A DNA stretch of 64,000 nucleotides, from contig OZ287080.1 of assembly GCA_965645245.1 (NCBI GenBank), positions 1,674,001 to 1,738,000 of the forward strand. The letters are read 5' to 3'. This DNA is from Massalongia carnosa (Eukaryota). Positions 25,846-38,840 of this stretch are shown here, one piece after another. Numbering within the stretch: the stretch's first letter is position 1; each line of letters begins with the position of its first letter. The position numbers were made by a program, and so were the translations under genes. The notes under the pieces are model-generated. The model was not told the DNA's origin. It made no database searches and saw only the letters and a program-made list of their open reading frames with translations.

Positions 25846-28487
25846 GAGTACGGATACGTGGACACCCCTTTGGCTACCTGGACACCCCCTGAGGTTACCT
25901 GGACACCCCCCAGTGATACACGGACACCCCCTTCCTAGAATAGGTAAGAATCAAGGGTTCAGCCCCCTCACTTACCCACTTCGGGGTAAGCTCCCGAGGG
26001 TGCACCTCGGGAATTTTTTTTCAACCGTAAACACCAACATTTTGGCACTTCGTAAACATCATCATCACCAACATTTTGACACTTTATCATGTCTGCACCA
26101 CCTCCTGACCCCCCACCTCCTGCCCCACCTCCTGACGGACTTGCACCCCTCGAAGATGAACCAGCTACTCCACCCCGACCACCTGGCCCTCTACCCCCTG
26201 GCGGACTTGCACCCCCCGAGGATGGACAAAGTTTTGAAAGTCTGGAAGACCTGGTTCTACGAGTCAATGAGCATGCTGGTCGTCAAGGATACGCAGTCGT
26301 TTTGGGTCGAACCAAGAAGTCGAAACTTAAGGTAACAAGAAAGGCATGGCTGATATGTGATCGAGGAAGAAAAACCGACGGACCAAGAGGTCAGGATCGG
26401 CGACATACGGGTAGCCGACGAATTGAATGCCCTTTCTCTTGTGTGGCCACACGAGAAAACGACAGTGGTATCTGGTTTTTGGAGGTGGTCAAATCGACTC
26501 ATAATCATGCTTCTACCCTCGCTGGTGCTCATCCAGCGTTGAGGAAATTGGCGATGACGAAAGAGGTTAAAAGTGAGATTTCCCGAGCTCTGATCGTGCA
26601 AACAGCCCCTTTCAAGATTTTATCTAGTCTTCGTGTTGCTGATCCGACGACGGGAATCAATTTTGACGATCCAGAAAATCCCTACATCATCAATCCCTTA
26701 TTCAAACCTCGGGATATCTACAACGTCAAAGCACAGCTTCGTCGCGAGACACTCGGCCCATTGACTCCGGTTCAGGCATTAATCCGAGAGCTGGATCAAG
26801 GAGATTGGACGTATCAGATGCAAAAGGATGATCTAGATAGAATAACTCATTTATTCTTTATTAAGGGCTGTTCTCAACGACTATTGAAGACGAATTACGA
26901 GGTGTTGGTGATGGACGCCACTTACAAAACCAACAGATATAAGATGCCCTTATTGATCATCAGTGGTCAAACCGCCCTACATACCAACTTCTATGTGGCA
27001 TTTTGCTTCATGGCCAAGGAAGCCACGTCTGATTATACCTGGATGTTGCAGCAATTGCGAGGTATGTATGATGGGATGATGCTTCCTAACCCGATCGTCA
27101 TAGTCACGGACATGGAAAAGAGTCTGATAGCTGGAATTGAGGATGTTTTCCCCGCAACCAATCATCTGCTTTGCTTATGGCACATCAATAATAACGTCCT
27201 GACCAATTGCAAGAAGAGCTTCGATACCAAAGAGGCGTGGGACTCCTTCTTCGCTGACTGGAAAACGGTCGTTTATGCCTCGTCAGAACCAGAGTTTTTG
27301 GAGTCATGGGAGCGATTCAGGATTCAGTATCAGGGTCAGGATCAATGTGTGGAATATCTAAACGACATCTACATACCCTTCCGACATCGTTTTGTCAAGT
27401 GCTATACCAGTATGATTACTCATTTCGAAACCACCACTACCTCTCGAGGTGAAGGTGGGCATGCAGTACTTAAGCGACAGCTAGGGTCATCATCTGGAGA
27501 TCTTAAGACGGTGGTGGACGGAATCAATCTTCTATTGATCAATGAACTTCACAATCATCTGATTCGTCTTGATGAAGCGAAGGTGCGACTACCTATGGAT
27601 ATTCGCAAACCTATCTTTCAGGAAATCAGTCCATACGTCACTTCCTATGCTTTGAGAAAGATAATGCCTCAATACGAACGTTTGGTTGGTCAACCAACAG
27701 CTATTCCGGCCTGTACTGGAACGTTCAGTTTAACCATGGGTCTTCCGTGCAGTCATAAGATTCAGGAACGATTGTATGGGGATGGGGGGGGAAAGTTGCT
27801 ATTGGAAGATATTCATCCTCATTGGAGGTTTGATAGGACAGCCCGTGTGGCTATTGATAATCCTTATCTTCGGGTTCAGGCACCCAAAGTTGCTAGACCA
27901 AGGGGCAGACCTCCAGGTGCGGAGAATTTGAATAGAAGACAGCAAGCATTCGAGGCATCTACTAATCGTGATCCTTCCCTTTTCGAGCGGGTGGACCCGG
28001 ATGCAGATCAATCAGCCGTTCATCGAGCGGACCCGGCACCTGGTCGTGGACGAGGCAGACGGGGACGGGGATCGGGATGGGGACGGGGACGGGGAGGTAG
28101 GGCTAGAGGAGGGGTTATAACAAGGGGATTGGCAGATAAGCTGACTACAAATGACTCGGAGGCGGGGACGGCGACAGGGGGGGGGGGGGACAGCGACAGC
28201 AAGCGGAGATGAGGAGGTTATCATCATTAATTAGACCAAATGAGGCTTAGTTTCTAGAATCAGAGTCTGATTTGCAAAGACAGTGCCAATCGACTTCGTT
28301 TCAGAAATTCCCGACCACTTTCAAAAGGTGAAGGAAAAAATTTCCCCGATATGCGCCCGGGAGCTTACCCCGAAGTGGGTAAGTGAGGGGCCTGAACCCT
28401 TGATTCTTACCTATTCTAGGAAGGGGGTGTCCGTGTATCACTGGGGGGTGTCCAGGTAACCAAAGGGGTGTCCACGTATCCGTACTC
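25846..28487 (+). mobile_element. Mutator/MULE DNA transposon, apparently complete
   Basis: TIRs of ~150-175 bp starting GAGTACGGATACGTGGACACCCC at both ends; TATATATA on both flanks; one intact transposase ORF. Confidence 0.95.
26089..28212 (+). CDS. MULE transposase (FAR1-type N-terminal zinc-binding region plus MULE DDE domain), 707 aa
   Basis: WLICDRG...RRIECPF...HNH; LVMDATYKTNRYKMPL; IVTDME; CLWH; RGEGGH; CTG...GLPCSH; AT-hook PRGRP. Confidence 0.93.
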   Translation: MSAPPPDPPPPAPPPDGLAPLEDEPATPPRPPGPLPPGGLAPPEDGQSFESLEDLVLRVNEHAGRQGYAVVLGRTKKSKLKVTRKAWLICDRGRKTDGPRGQDRRHTGSRRIECPFSCVATRENDSGIWFLEVVKSTHNHASTLAGAHPALRKLAMTKEVKSEISRALIVQTAPFKILSSLRVADPTTGINFDDPENPYIINPLFKPRDIYNVKAQLRRETLGPLTPVQALIRELDQGDWTYQMQKDDLDRITHLFFIKGCSQRLLKTNYEVLVMDATYKTNRYKMPLLIISGQTALHTNFYVAFCFMAKEATSDYTWMLQQLRGMYDGMMLPNPIVIVTDMEKSLIAGIEDVFPATNHLLCLWHINNNVLTNCKKSFDTKEAWDSFFADWKTVVYASSEPEFLESWERFRIQYQGQDQCVEYLNDIYIPFRHRFVKCYTSMITHFETTTTSRGEGGHAVLKRQLGSSSGDLKTVVDGINLLLINELHNHLIRLDEAKVRLPMDIRKPIFQEISPYVTSYALRKIMPQYERLVGQPTAIPACTGTFSLTMGLPCSHKIQERLYGDGGGKLLLEDIHPHWRFDRTARVAIDNPYLRVQAPKVARPRGRPPGAENLNRRQQAFEASTNRDPSLFERVDPDADQSAVHRADPAPGRGRGRRGRGSGWGRGRGGRARGGVITRGLADKLTTNDSEAGTATGGGGDSDSKRR

Positions 28488-29319
28488 TATATATAATAGG
28501 ATAGTTAGTAAATCGAACAATCTAAAAACCAATCACTCAAGCGAGAGCCTTTGTCCTGTTTGCGTCAAAGCTCATCTCGTATAGTTTCACCTTCTATGGC
28601 GGGGCCAGATACTAGATACTTGATACTAGATATTAAGACATTAAGGTGTGTATGCATCTACATCCCTATGTACCTACCTATCCAGACTTCGGAGCGTGAA
28701 TATCGTATTCGGAGTCGCCGGTCTGATTCACATTCCCCTCAGCTCCTTCAATTCATAGATTCGCTCGTCCTTCCTTCTATTCCTGGTTCTCCTGATCTCC
28801 CGTTATTTCCAAGCGTAAGGAAGTTTGCGGTTGAGGAAGGGAAAATGAATGGAGGATTCGTTTGGGAGGTATAGTACAAGGGTTTGATTGATGAAAGAAA
28901 TGTGAGCCGCTTTTTCGATGAATGGAGGGTTTTGGACTCGATTGGGTAATCTGTCCGAGTGGATAGCTAGATAGAATGGTCTTTTTTCTTGAAGAATGAT
29001 CTTGTTTAAATTTTGTCCCAAAAATATACTCCATACGCATAAACTCATACTTCGAAAATAATGCGGTTAAAAGAAAAAATGCCTCATTAGAAGCTGACAA
29101 AAAGACAGTTCGACTCTGCGTATGGCTTCTTCCTAGGGGCATTGAGAGACAGACAGATGGAGGATAGATGAATTAATCCTATCGGGTTAGCCACCTTCTT
29201 CGTCATAAAAAGAATTTCTGCCTCGATCCGCCAACACCCTGTAGCACAAAATCATTATTATTCAACCCCAGCAATTGGATGCGATATGCATGCAGTATAG
29301 AATTCACTTCATCTGTACT

Positions 29320-30050
29320 CTAGCGCGGCATCTCCTCACCGTCGTTGTCAGACCCGCACCGAGTTCTAGTCAACCCGGAGCCACTATCCGCAGCAGACTC
29401 ACAGGACACTATCGTTGGAGCAAGGTCCGCCGACAGCGGCGACGGATGAACAAACGGAACACGCAGATAAAGCGTCAAGTCCCGCCGCGAGACCGAATGC
29501 AAGCGATACGCGGCGCCGGAGCCATCGTACGAATTCAACAACGCCCAGTGCACCTCATATTGCCATTCGGTCTTGACGTATGACTCGCGGCGCAGGTGCC
29601 GGCCGTCCTCCAGGAATAGCTGGAGGCCGTAGTCGGGATGGGCGGCGGTGGGGAAGAGAGGAAGGTGGTGGTGGCGGAAATACGGGTTGGTGGGGTATTT
29701 GTCTTCGAGCGGGATGCCGCGCAGGGAGGTGAGCTTTTGAAGCGAAAAGCGAGGAAATGCAATGTTAGTTTATTTAAGATCCTTACCTGGGTGCCCATCA
29801 AAGGTCGACGGAATTTGAACATGGGGAAGTATTATGTATCTAGGTGGGTTCTGACAAGGAGAACGGTGGCAGTTGCTTGCTTGGGGTTTGCGCTTAGGAC
29901 CACGACTGGGTGGTTGAAGCAGCCGTCGTCTATGTCCAGGTCTACGAGCAGGCGGCTGTCACATTGGTATTTAGGCCGGAGCCAGAGGATGCTGCCGGAA
30001 AGAACTTCGTGATGGCAACTGAAGGCTGTCAGGTTCTCTCTTTTCTCCAT
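29320..30050 (-). CDS. Conserved fungal hypothetical protein, 2 exons (intron ~29734-29855)
   Basis: Exon 1 GSILWL...FNHPVVVLS splices to LTSLRG...HLPLFPTAAHPDYGLQLFLEDGRHLRRESYV; CTAAC branch site present. Confidence 0.6.
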
Positions 30051-30337
30051 GTCTGTCGTTAGATTGTTGCTGGTGTTGGTGCTTGGAGGGATAGACGTTA
30101 CTTTATTATGGCGGAAAGACAGTTTTTTCTATGGACAACGTTAAGGAACGCTATTTTAGAAACAGCTAACGTAATTACGAGCCAAAGGCATAAAACCGTA
30201 GTTTAAATACGCTGAATGAATTTTCAATTGTTGCTTGAATGATTTATCGTCACAAGAGTTATATCTTAGTAGTATGGTGTTAAAATGTAAGACTGATAAA
30301 TTCAAAGTCTTAATCGTTCCCAATAGAATTTTCAACT

Positions 30338-32678
30338 TCAATTGCGTTCCCTATCCCCACAGACTTTGCGGAGCAGATCCTCCATCCGCTTGATAGACCC
30401 CTCCATCGCCTCCAGTCGGGGTCGGACATTCTCATCGCCGTGTTCTCGCAACAGTTCCGAGAGCTGCTCCGTCAGTCCATTGACAGAAGAAGTGGACAAC
30501 GCCCGGATAGCTCTCGATTTCGGGGTGGAGTTGAAGTCGCTCCGACGTGTACTGCGCCTTTCACGTATGTCATCATCAAAGACGCTGCAGCTCATGTAAT
30601 CCTCGGCGGAAATCTCGTCGAGCACCGATTGTGGCGGCTCCGTATCAAAAACGGCTTGGAGGTCGCCATGTACCGAGAACCTGGAGACTTTCCAAGACGT
30701 GAGCTTCGGTTTTGAGTTTGACCGTACAGTCCGTGAATTCGTAATGGCCCATAAAGACCTCCGCTCGTACAAGCTGATGAGTAGGAGGATCGGAGCATTC
30801 AGAAAACGAATGGCTGCGACATTGACTTTATGAAACCAGCGGGGGGTAAGAAGCATCTTGAGCGGCAGTAAGAAAACGAGAGCGACGATGTTGAAGGGTG
30901 CTTGATAGGCGAATATCGCGTCGCTTTTAACCCCTTCAAAGGTCAAGACGGCATGCTGGAATTGCCTTTCTGCCGTCGCATCCGCCACTATAACCGCAAA
31001 GGTGTTGCTGAGCATAGAGACAAGGATGGTGAGGAAAAGGGTATTTCCAAGGAACGCAAAGGTAACCATCAGAATAGGGCCCAGCAGCCAATGAAGCTCA
31101 ATAGATCGTTGGATGCCCGTCCCATCGAGCCCAAACCACACCCATAGCATCCATTTGGAAATGGTGAGGGATGTGTGGCTGCCCTCGCTCAGCCATCTTA
31201 GAGCGAGAAGAAACCCTGCGAAGCACCACACAGCCAGCAAGGATAGCAGCGTAAAGTCCACCATCATAGCTCTCAAAGAGACAAACAGAATATTCTCCGA
31301 CAGGAAATTGAACGCCAGGCGGGGGATCAGAATCGGTGCCGCCGTGGCTAGCATCACAAGTGCGAGTTGACTTGGCCCATTCTGTCCGGTGGCCAGTCCG
31401 TGCAATCGAAGAACAAGGTAAACCGAGTAGAAGATGCAAAACATAAAATCAAGAAAGGACCATAAGTTTTGGGTATAGACTTGCCATCCGTGCTCCAGAA
31501 TCGATGCAAACTCCTCTAAGACCCATCCACAGGCATAGATGCAAAACACCAACTCGTAACCAGTAAACTTGACTCCATCTGGATTGCTCATCACAAGTAT
31601 ATACAAGAACAGAAGCAGAATGAATTCGACGATATCCAGCATATTCCGTGTTCGCGGCACTATCAATCGGTAATGATTCAATAGCGGAGCATTCCTGGGG
31701 TTGTAGAGCGACGGTGGTTTGTGCTTGTAGTGATCGGGTAAAATGTCGAGGAAAGCCGTTGGGGTGTAGGTAATCTGGCCTTGATAGATGGCATCAACTA
31801 CCTTCTGGGATGCACTGGAACTCAAAAATGTCTTGCTTCTTGAAATGAGCGCGACTTCCAAAGCGGTCAATTTCCTCTCATAACCTCCTATTCTTTGGAC
31901 CGCCCAAGGGGTCGCAGCATTGTTTTCCTTAATCACCTCCTCCGGTGCACCCTGAAAGGGTTCAAAGCCAGTGACTAGTATGTTTGCCAGAAGCAATAGA
32001 CCCTTGCGCCCCGAATGATCTTCATCGAATCGTCGTAACACTCTGCTAGCTACCAGTTCGCAGAGTAAAGCTCGGGTTAGGTTCACAGTTTGATGGTGCG
32101 CCTGATATGTCTGCTCTCTTAAAAACTGGACGCGATTGACTAGAAGGCAATATACTACATTTTGATAGGGTAATCAGTATTGGTGGACCTGTGGACCTGA
32201 AGGGGGAGGGGAAGTCCTCACCTACGGAGATGTCATGTGGATCATACAATTGATCCACTAGAGGGCGTAAGACCAGTTTGTTCATTCGTGGCGCTTTGAG
32301 CTGCTCAGGAGTATATGGATCATCTAGTACATATCAAAATGTGTCCACCAAATGGGCGATCGTTGCATATTTTAAATCGAAGAAGGCTCGCACTAACCGA
32401 TCACAGCGATGACTTCTCGCCGTATTCTGCCAAAATTGATCAGTCATCTTGAGCGGTTGGGGTGACGACCTACCCAAAACACCTCGACCAACTACTTACT
32501 TGTGGATTGTGGTATACACCGGTAGAGCTGCATGCGAATCAGGAGGGCGTGGCGTCTCATCCTCGTCCAGAGATTCAGCCTGCTGCTCCTCGTCGGCCAG
32601 AAGCGGCTCCTGCTCGCCTCGGATATTGATAGATGGCACAGCATCCAAGAAGCTCAAGTGTTCGTTGTGGTCAGCCAT
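30338..32678 (-). CDS. TRP-like non-selective cation channel, Yvc1 family, multi-exon
   Basis: Multiple transmembrane helices; ALEVALIS...FLSS...QKVVDAIYQG; PRLAF; pore WVWFGLDGTG; LGNTLFLTILVSMLSNTF; APFN. Confidence 0.88.
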
Positions 32679-35267
32679 GGCGGTAACATGAGGAAAGATT
32701 CAACCGATGATCTGTACGGGGGAAATTCAGGTTGTGCAGAGCAAGGACGTCGGATGACGTAGCGCGCAATGGTTGGCAATGGTGGGGATACCAAACCACC
32801 AACTCAACAGAATAAACAAACATGATTCCCATCAAACAAGACACTATTTGGTATCTCTCGATACAGCGCTCTCTTTGCTCTTAGCTTTTCAAGAATTCGC
32901 TATTGCGTCATACAAGCTTTTTTAACTTATGCCAAGCCTGTACGTGGCGGATGGCTTGCACTATTTCGAATAAGTTACGGATACAGAGTACTCCGTACGG
33001 TTAGTAGTCTGTATGGATTGCGGTAGTTTCTCGTACGGAGTACGGACTATTGAGTACTCCGTATTTCAAAACGAGATTTGATCTCCAATGTCCTCTTCTT
33101 GGATAACATTAGATGATGGCTGCTAAGAGGGCAGTTCACTCGAGGCTTGTTGGAGATGTGTATTAGTACTCTGTATTCACGCGGCAAAATTCTTTTGGGG
33201 CTTTTCTAGCCTACAACTCGTTCGAATAGCTTCCCCCTGATAGAGCTTCGATGGGTTTGTATTCAACTCTTTTGCAGGTGGTGTCGCATACGGCATTTCT
33301 GTCTTAAGCACACCCGTGCAAGATGGCGGCGGTGTTGTTGCTGTCCTCGGTAAGTGTTGAAAAAACCCACATGAAAAAAAGAAAAAAGAAACTAGATAGA
33401 CGTCAATGAAGTTGTACGTGCCAGAATGGTAAATGGCTCGGTCCTGCAAAAGGACCAGCTCAGTTTGGCCGCTCTCACGACAGTCACTTACATCAAAGAA
33501 ACTACAACTGTTATCTCCACTAATTTGACCTCTGCTTGATGGTCTTAGCGGTTGGCGATGTGGCTAAATAAAAATCGAGAATCGAGTCACTTTCTTCCTT
33601 TTGTTCCTTATGATTCGTGTAGTATTTCGGAATCTCGTTAGCCGAACATACTTTTCACTCTGAATCTTTACTTGCAAGGTGTCTGTGGAAAAGCCGGTTT
33701 GCCCAGTCATTGAATGCGTCCTCACGATTGGATGAATACTTGAGGCCGTCTTCCGATTCATGATCCCGTTTGCTCTTCGAGTGGACCCAATGACCTCAAA
33801 ATCGGTATTTTCAGCTACTAGTCCATGCAATCTCGATGGGAAATTGAAGAGAATCTATTGTATGCGTCCACTTGGTTAGAGAAAATAGTATCGCCACCTT
33901 GAACCGCCCGAAAGCTCAGATTCAGTAAGCGGCGCTACATGAGTTACCTACACGTCCTGGCTGAGTAAGCTGGAAACTTTGAGTCCACATCTTTGCCGTG
34001 TTCGTAATGCTCAAAAGGCTCGAGGAGGGGAGCTGTTTAGTCAAGACTTCACGTTGGTAGCGTGGGTACTTTCGAGATCATGGGCTTTGGAGAATAGTGT
34101 GGTACAAGGCTTCAATCTCTACATTTAGGCCAGATATTTCCATCCATCATTTCCATTGGGATGAGAGAAGCTACACTGATCGCCATTGTATGCTCGCCTG
34201 GAAAATCCATCCACAAAAGCCAATTTTCAACTTTACACCGTGTAAGGAGGGAATCAAAGTGGTGCGCAGAGAATGTAGATGCTCGTTGCGCAGGCATGCC
34301 CTTATGTATGCGCCGCATCTTGCAGCGAGATACCCTTTCAACTTCCAAGCAAACGTCGGAGCTGTATGCGGCAATTTCTATTCTCATAAAATAAGAGAAT
34401 CTCAAACGAACTGCAGTTCTGAGACTGATGCATCGTATTATCTACGCCATACTATGAGAGACTCATTCAATCGCAACACGATTCCTTAAAAAATTTAAAA
34501 CCCTGCTACTCGCCCTTCTTAAGTCCCTCCATTCCTCTTCCTGCTCCATCCGCCCGCTCAGAGAAACAAAGAAAATGCGCGAGTCTCGTGTAAGCAAAGC
34601 AAAGCAACTCTGAACAGGAGCAAGCAATGGGAGATCGCGGCTGCGGAAAAGGGCGTGAGGAAAGCATTCCTTGAGTATTGTTGTTGTTATTACGGAGGAT
34701 TTGGGAGGGCGGGGGTAGGAAGGTAGATAGGTAGATGAGTATGGATGGACGTACATAGGTAGGGATGTAGGGGGGTTAGGGAGTTAGGGAGGTAGTAGGT
34801 ATAGACGAGTGTAGGGGATACATAGGTAGGCACGTAAATGAGAAATAAAAACAAAGATCATATCGCGTGAAGCATGAGTATGATTCCATCATTAATCCCC
34901 TCCCCAGTCCCAGGTTTCTCATGCGAAAAGAGGCTCGAGTTTTTTTTTTTTTTTTTTTTTTAGATTGGAAATCTAACGCAATGCGATTATTTATAGCAGG
35001 TACTTTACATCCAGAGCGTACACGGGGGGTGTTCGATCAATAACGCTCCTAACTAAAATAAGATAAAATTGATTAGAAATTTCCAAAAGCCGAGTTTCCG
35101 GGGTCAAAAGCAAGCAAGCAAGAAAGGCAAACCAGCCGCTGAACAACACGCGTCTCCTGGACGTCTTGCAAACAGATCCGATAAATGCGCACTGAAATGA
35201 AACAACACGCTAATATCCCTTCGGAAAAATCCAATTATCAGACATAGATTACAGTGTACATGCTAGA

Positions 35268-37542
35268 TTAACGTAGCAGAGTGCCGTTCTGGTACACAGG
35301 CAAGGCGATAGCCGACGGAGTGACGGTCGGGTATATCAGAGCCCCACGGGTCCCTGATGGATGGGGAATAAGAGTGGGCACGATACCCGTGCCAGTAGGG
35401 ATCAAGGTAGAATTGACAGGCCCTGAGATGGGCAGAGCACCCGTGTCTGAAGGTAGTGGCGCTACCGGCTTGCTGACCGACGTGGCAAGCGTGGAGCTGG
35501 TGACGGAAGACAGGATGATGGACGCCAAGGAGATGGGAATGGCCGTGGGAACGGTTAAGGCTAGTATGGCGGAAAGGCCCGTGGATGGGAGCGCGGGCGG
35601 GACCGATAAAGATGGAAGGGGCGAGGGGGTAGAGGGACCGGCGACGGGCCCGAGATTTGGGATAGCCAGTGGGAAACATTTGGCTAATAGGGGGTGCGAG
35701 ACAGTCTTGTGGATTAGTTAGTTATGTGTTTACTCGGGGAAATCTAGAAGATAGTGATTGGGGCTCTGGCTTACAAAGAGATTCTTGGAAAATACAGGCT
35801 TGGAATCGCCGTCGCCTAGTTTAGAGTCGATGTCTAGATTGAGTCCCACATCCACCTGGCTTGATAGTTGAACACCAGTTTTGGATGCGCCTGCTTCGGT
35901 GGAGCACACGCCAGCTTCATCTGTTTGGAATATCAGCTAGAAGGGACCATAGGGTGCACTGAGAACGCCTACTGAAAGATCCCGTCAGAGTCGCAGAGAC
36001 CTCCGGTAACTTCATCGTCATTGCAATCTCGAATGTACCAATTTTGTGTAGCTCAATGCCAAAAGACAGCTTGGGTTGCGAAAATGCAGCGACGGTAACC
36101 GAAGCGGAGAGCGACTTGAGGTCGAAGAGGGGATTCAACGCGCCTCCGTCGAAGCCGGTAGCCGAACTGGATGCGGGATTATGAACGTCCGCGACGACTT
36201 TCGCGGTGTTTGGGAGGCTAGCTTGGAGTCCATATTGAACGACGGCGTTGCCAGCGAAGGATGCGCTGATCCCTACGTCGTACGACACGACTGCCCCGAG
36301 CTTGAAGATGCCGGTCACAGAAATTCCGGCGCCAGGGATGGGCGCGGAGAGAAGCTCTTTCGTGTGGGTGAGTGTGTCTGGTGCTGAGGTGGAGGAAACG
36401 GTTGTTTCAAGTTCCAGTTTAGCGAGGAAATTCTGCGGGGACGCTTCAAGGTCAAGAGCCTTCAAGGAAAAATGCTCGACCTTTACCAGATGTTAGCTGT
36501 CGAACCTATCGATGGACATATAAAGATAGTGTGGTACGCACCGAGACGTGCCCGGTGACTTGGAAGCTTCCTTTCACGAAACAATCAATGCAGTCGATCT
36601 TGATACGACCTCTGTATGATGATCAGTTTAACACTACATAAGGTGTTCTGGTATCGGCATAGCTTACTTGTCGTCCGTGTAGATGTTAGATCGAACCCCT
36701 TGCTGGCCAACGCTCACGTCAAAGTTGACACTTTTGCTAAACTCGGCACTACCAGTTAAAGCGCCCTCGATGGTACTGATAAGGCCTCGCTGGCGTGCAC
36801 GCCTAGCCGGCTTGTGGTACGAGAGAGCTTTGCCAAAATCCAGATCATAAGTTCCAGCAATTTCCGCCCAAGGGGCTGTTTGGGCGGTTAAGAAGGTGGT
36901 GAGAGTTTTCTTATCTTCTCGGATGTTGGTTATCCTTTTTTAGAAGCGTTAGCGCCCAGAAATTTTCAACCCAAACTCGACGTTCTTACAGATATGGCTG
37001 CCTCTCGTCGTCCGGGCCGCAGCCGTCATGATTGGCAATGAGTAAGAATTTCTTCTCTACGGCCTCGTTGATGAAATCCCAGGTCTTTAATGCATAGCTG
37101 AACGCGTTTTCCGAATTGAAAGTTAACGACATGAACCCATCATCGCCTTTGCAATCGACGGCCGATGTCAAGCCTTCGAATCGTTCCATCATGATCATTT
37201 GCAGTCCATCAGGGGCATAAAGGGTCATATTGGCTAAGAGTAGCTGGCCATTTGCTGTTGCTCCTTTAGCATCCAGGCTTAGCTAGAGAAGCGCGGGTGA
37301 TACGTACATCCAGGCCGTCCATAAATAAGCTGCGATTGGGTTTTGAGGTCTAGATCAGAAAATTCCTCCGCCGAACGACGTTGAAGCCCTACGGCATTCT
37401 CAAAGTCGGCAATCTTGATCGGTTGCAGCCGAACAGAGCCGTCATCAACAGGCGCGGGGACCAGTGGGTTAGGAAAGGCCAATGCTGGCACAGAAAATGC
37501 CAAAGCTGCTAGCAGAGCCGCAAATGGTGAAAGACGCATCAT
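35268..37542 (-). CDS. Secreted or cell-surface protein (DUF7029/DUF7223-like) with a Ser/Thr/Pro-rich tail, about 6 exons
   Basis: Signal peptide MMRLSPFAALLAALAFSVPALA; motif MERFEGLTSAVDC...WDFIN...FLLIANHDGCG...RQPY; C-terminal S/T/P-rich region. The DUF assignment is from memory. Confidence 0.7.
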
Positions 37543-38237
37543 GAAAGCGTGTGAAGTGAGGGATAACGACTGTATGTAACGAAGGTGAATAATTTGAACG
37601 AACGACAGATTCGGTTTTATGGAAAGGCTGTAACGACTGTAGGAACTGATGTCGAAAAAAAAACATCAATCGAGAGCTCGGAGGGTATATATCGCTTCTA
37701 GAGAAACCGCAATTTCTGATTTTAGATACAAGATGCATGATGCTGACGTTACATTGAACGAAAGTATCTTGAGACACCTCTCCACGTAAGAAAACGAGCG
37801 AGTCCAACAATACTCTACCAAGTCCAATCTCTCGCACGGAGAAACTAGCACATAGACATCATGATCAGCTGGATGATGGCGCAAGAGTAATCTAGTCATC
37901 GCATGGAGTGGAGGTGTCCCCTGCAGGGGGCCATCGGCCAGGGTCTTCAGGGCATGAATTATGCACGGCAACGGAGGGCTGATGGCGCAAGATTGTCGAA
38001 GCAGTGTATGATACCTTTACGGCCCCAGCTTCACCCTTCATCATAAAAAATTTGCCGAAGGAAGTGGCGGGAGCCATACAGGGTCCATCAGACTGTCCCT
38101 GTCCCTGTCCCTGTCTCTGTTCCTGTTCCTGTTCCTGTTCCTGTTCCTGTGGAAGATGGGGCTGGGACGTTTCAGAGCTGAGGCTGACGGGAGATTGCTT
38201 GATCTGTTGCGTGCCTCAAACGTGCCAGTCTGACTGG

Positions 38238-38840
38238 AAAACTCAAGATTACGATTAGATATGAGTTAACGATCAAGACGACAATTATTTCGACCTCATA
38301 AAACAGCGTCACAGTTTTATTATTTTCATTTATATAATGTCGTCGTCGCTTGATATAATCAATGTATTATTATTTTAACGTTAATTTCTATTTATAAAGC
38401 GCAGAAGTTATGCTACTCCGTAACTAGTGAGCATTTGCCTCAGTAACCTCAAACGTGCCCGGCTAAGTCCCTTCGGGTTAGCCTTACAGAATGTTAAGCC
38501 CCTTCGGGTTAACAGGCTGACTACGGAGCACATCTGTACAGTACCTCAGACTTGCTTGACTAAGCCCCTTCGGGTTAGCCTTACAGAACGTTAAGCCCCT
38601 TCGGGTTAACAGGCTGACTACGCAGCACTTCTGTAGCAAGTATGAGCCCAAAACTCAAGATTACGGTCAGATATGGCTTAACGATCATGACAAGAACGAT
38701 TTCGACCTTATAGAACAACGTCACAACTTCATTGTTTTCATGTTTATAACGTCGTCGTCGCTTGATATGATTATGCTCAATGTATTTTTGATTTTTTCGT
38801 TATAAATTTCAATCTTTATGTATGTTTATAACGTGCAGAG
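38238..38840. repeat. Diverged direct repeat of ~170 bp (38238-38410 and ~38649-38840) flanking an LTR-like unit
   Basis: Both copies begin aaaactcaagattacg and share ttcgacct...gtcaca...gtcgtcgtcgcttgatat. Confidence 0.75.
38411..38638. mobile_element. Solo-LTR-like unit with an internal ~97-bp tandem duplication of paired hairpins
   Basis: TGCTAC...GTAGCA ends; flanks AGTTA and AGTAT; four (C/T)TAAGCCCCTTCGGGTTA motifs; a related inverted partial copy at ~40392-40503. Confidence 0.5.

Noticed and set aside
33500..34500. Short ORFs between the channel gene and the secreted-protein gene
   Set aside because: No recognisable motifs or consistent splice structure
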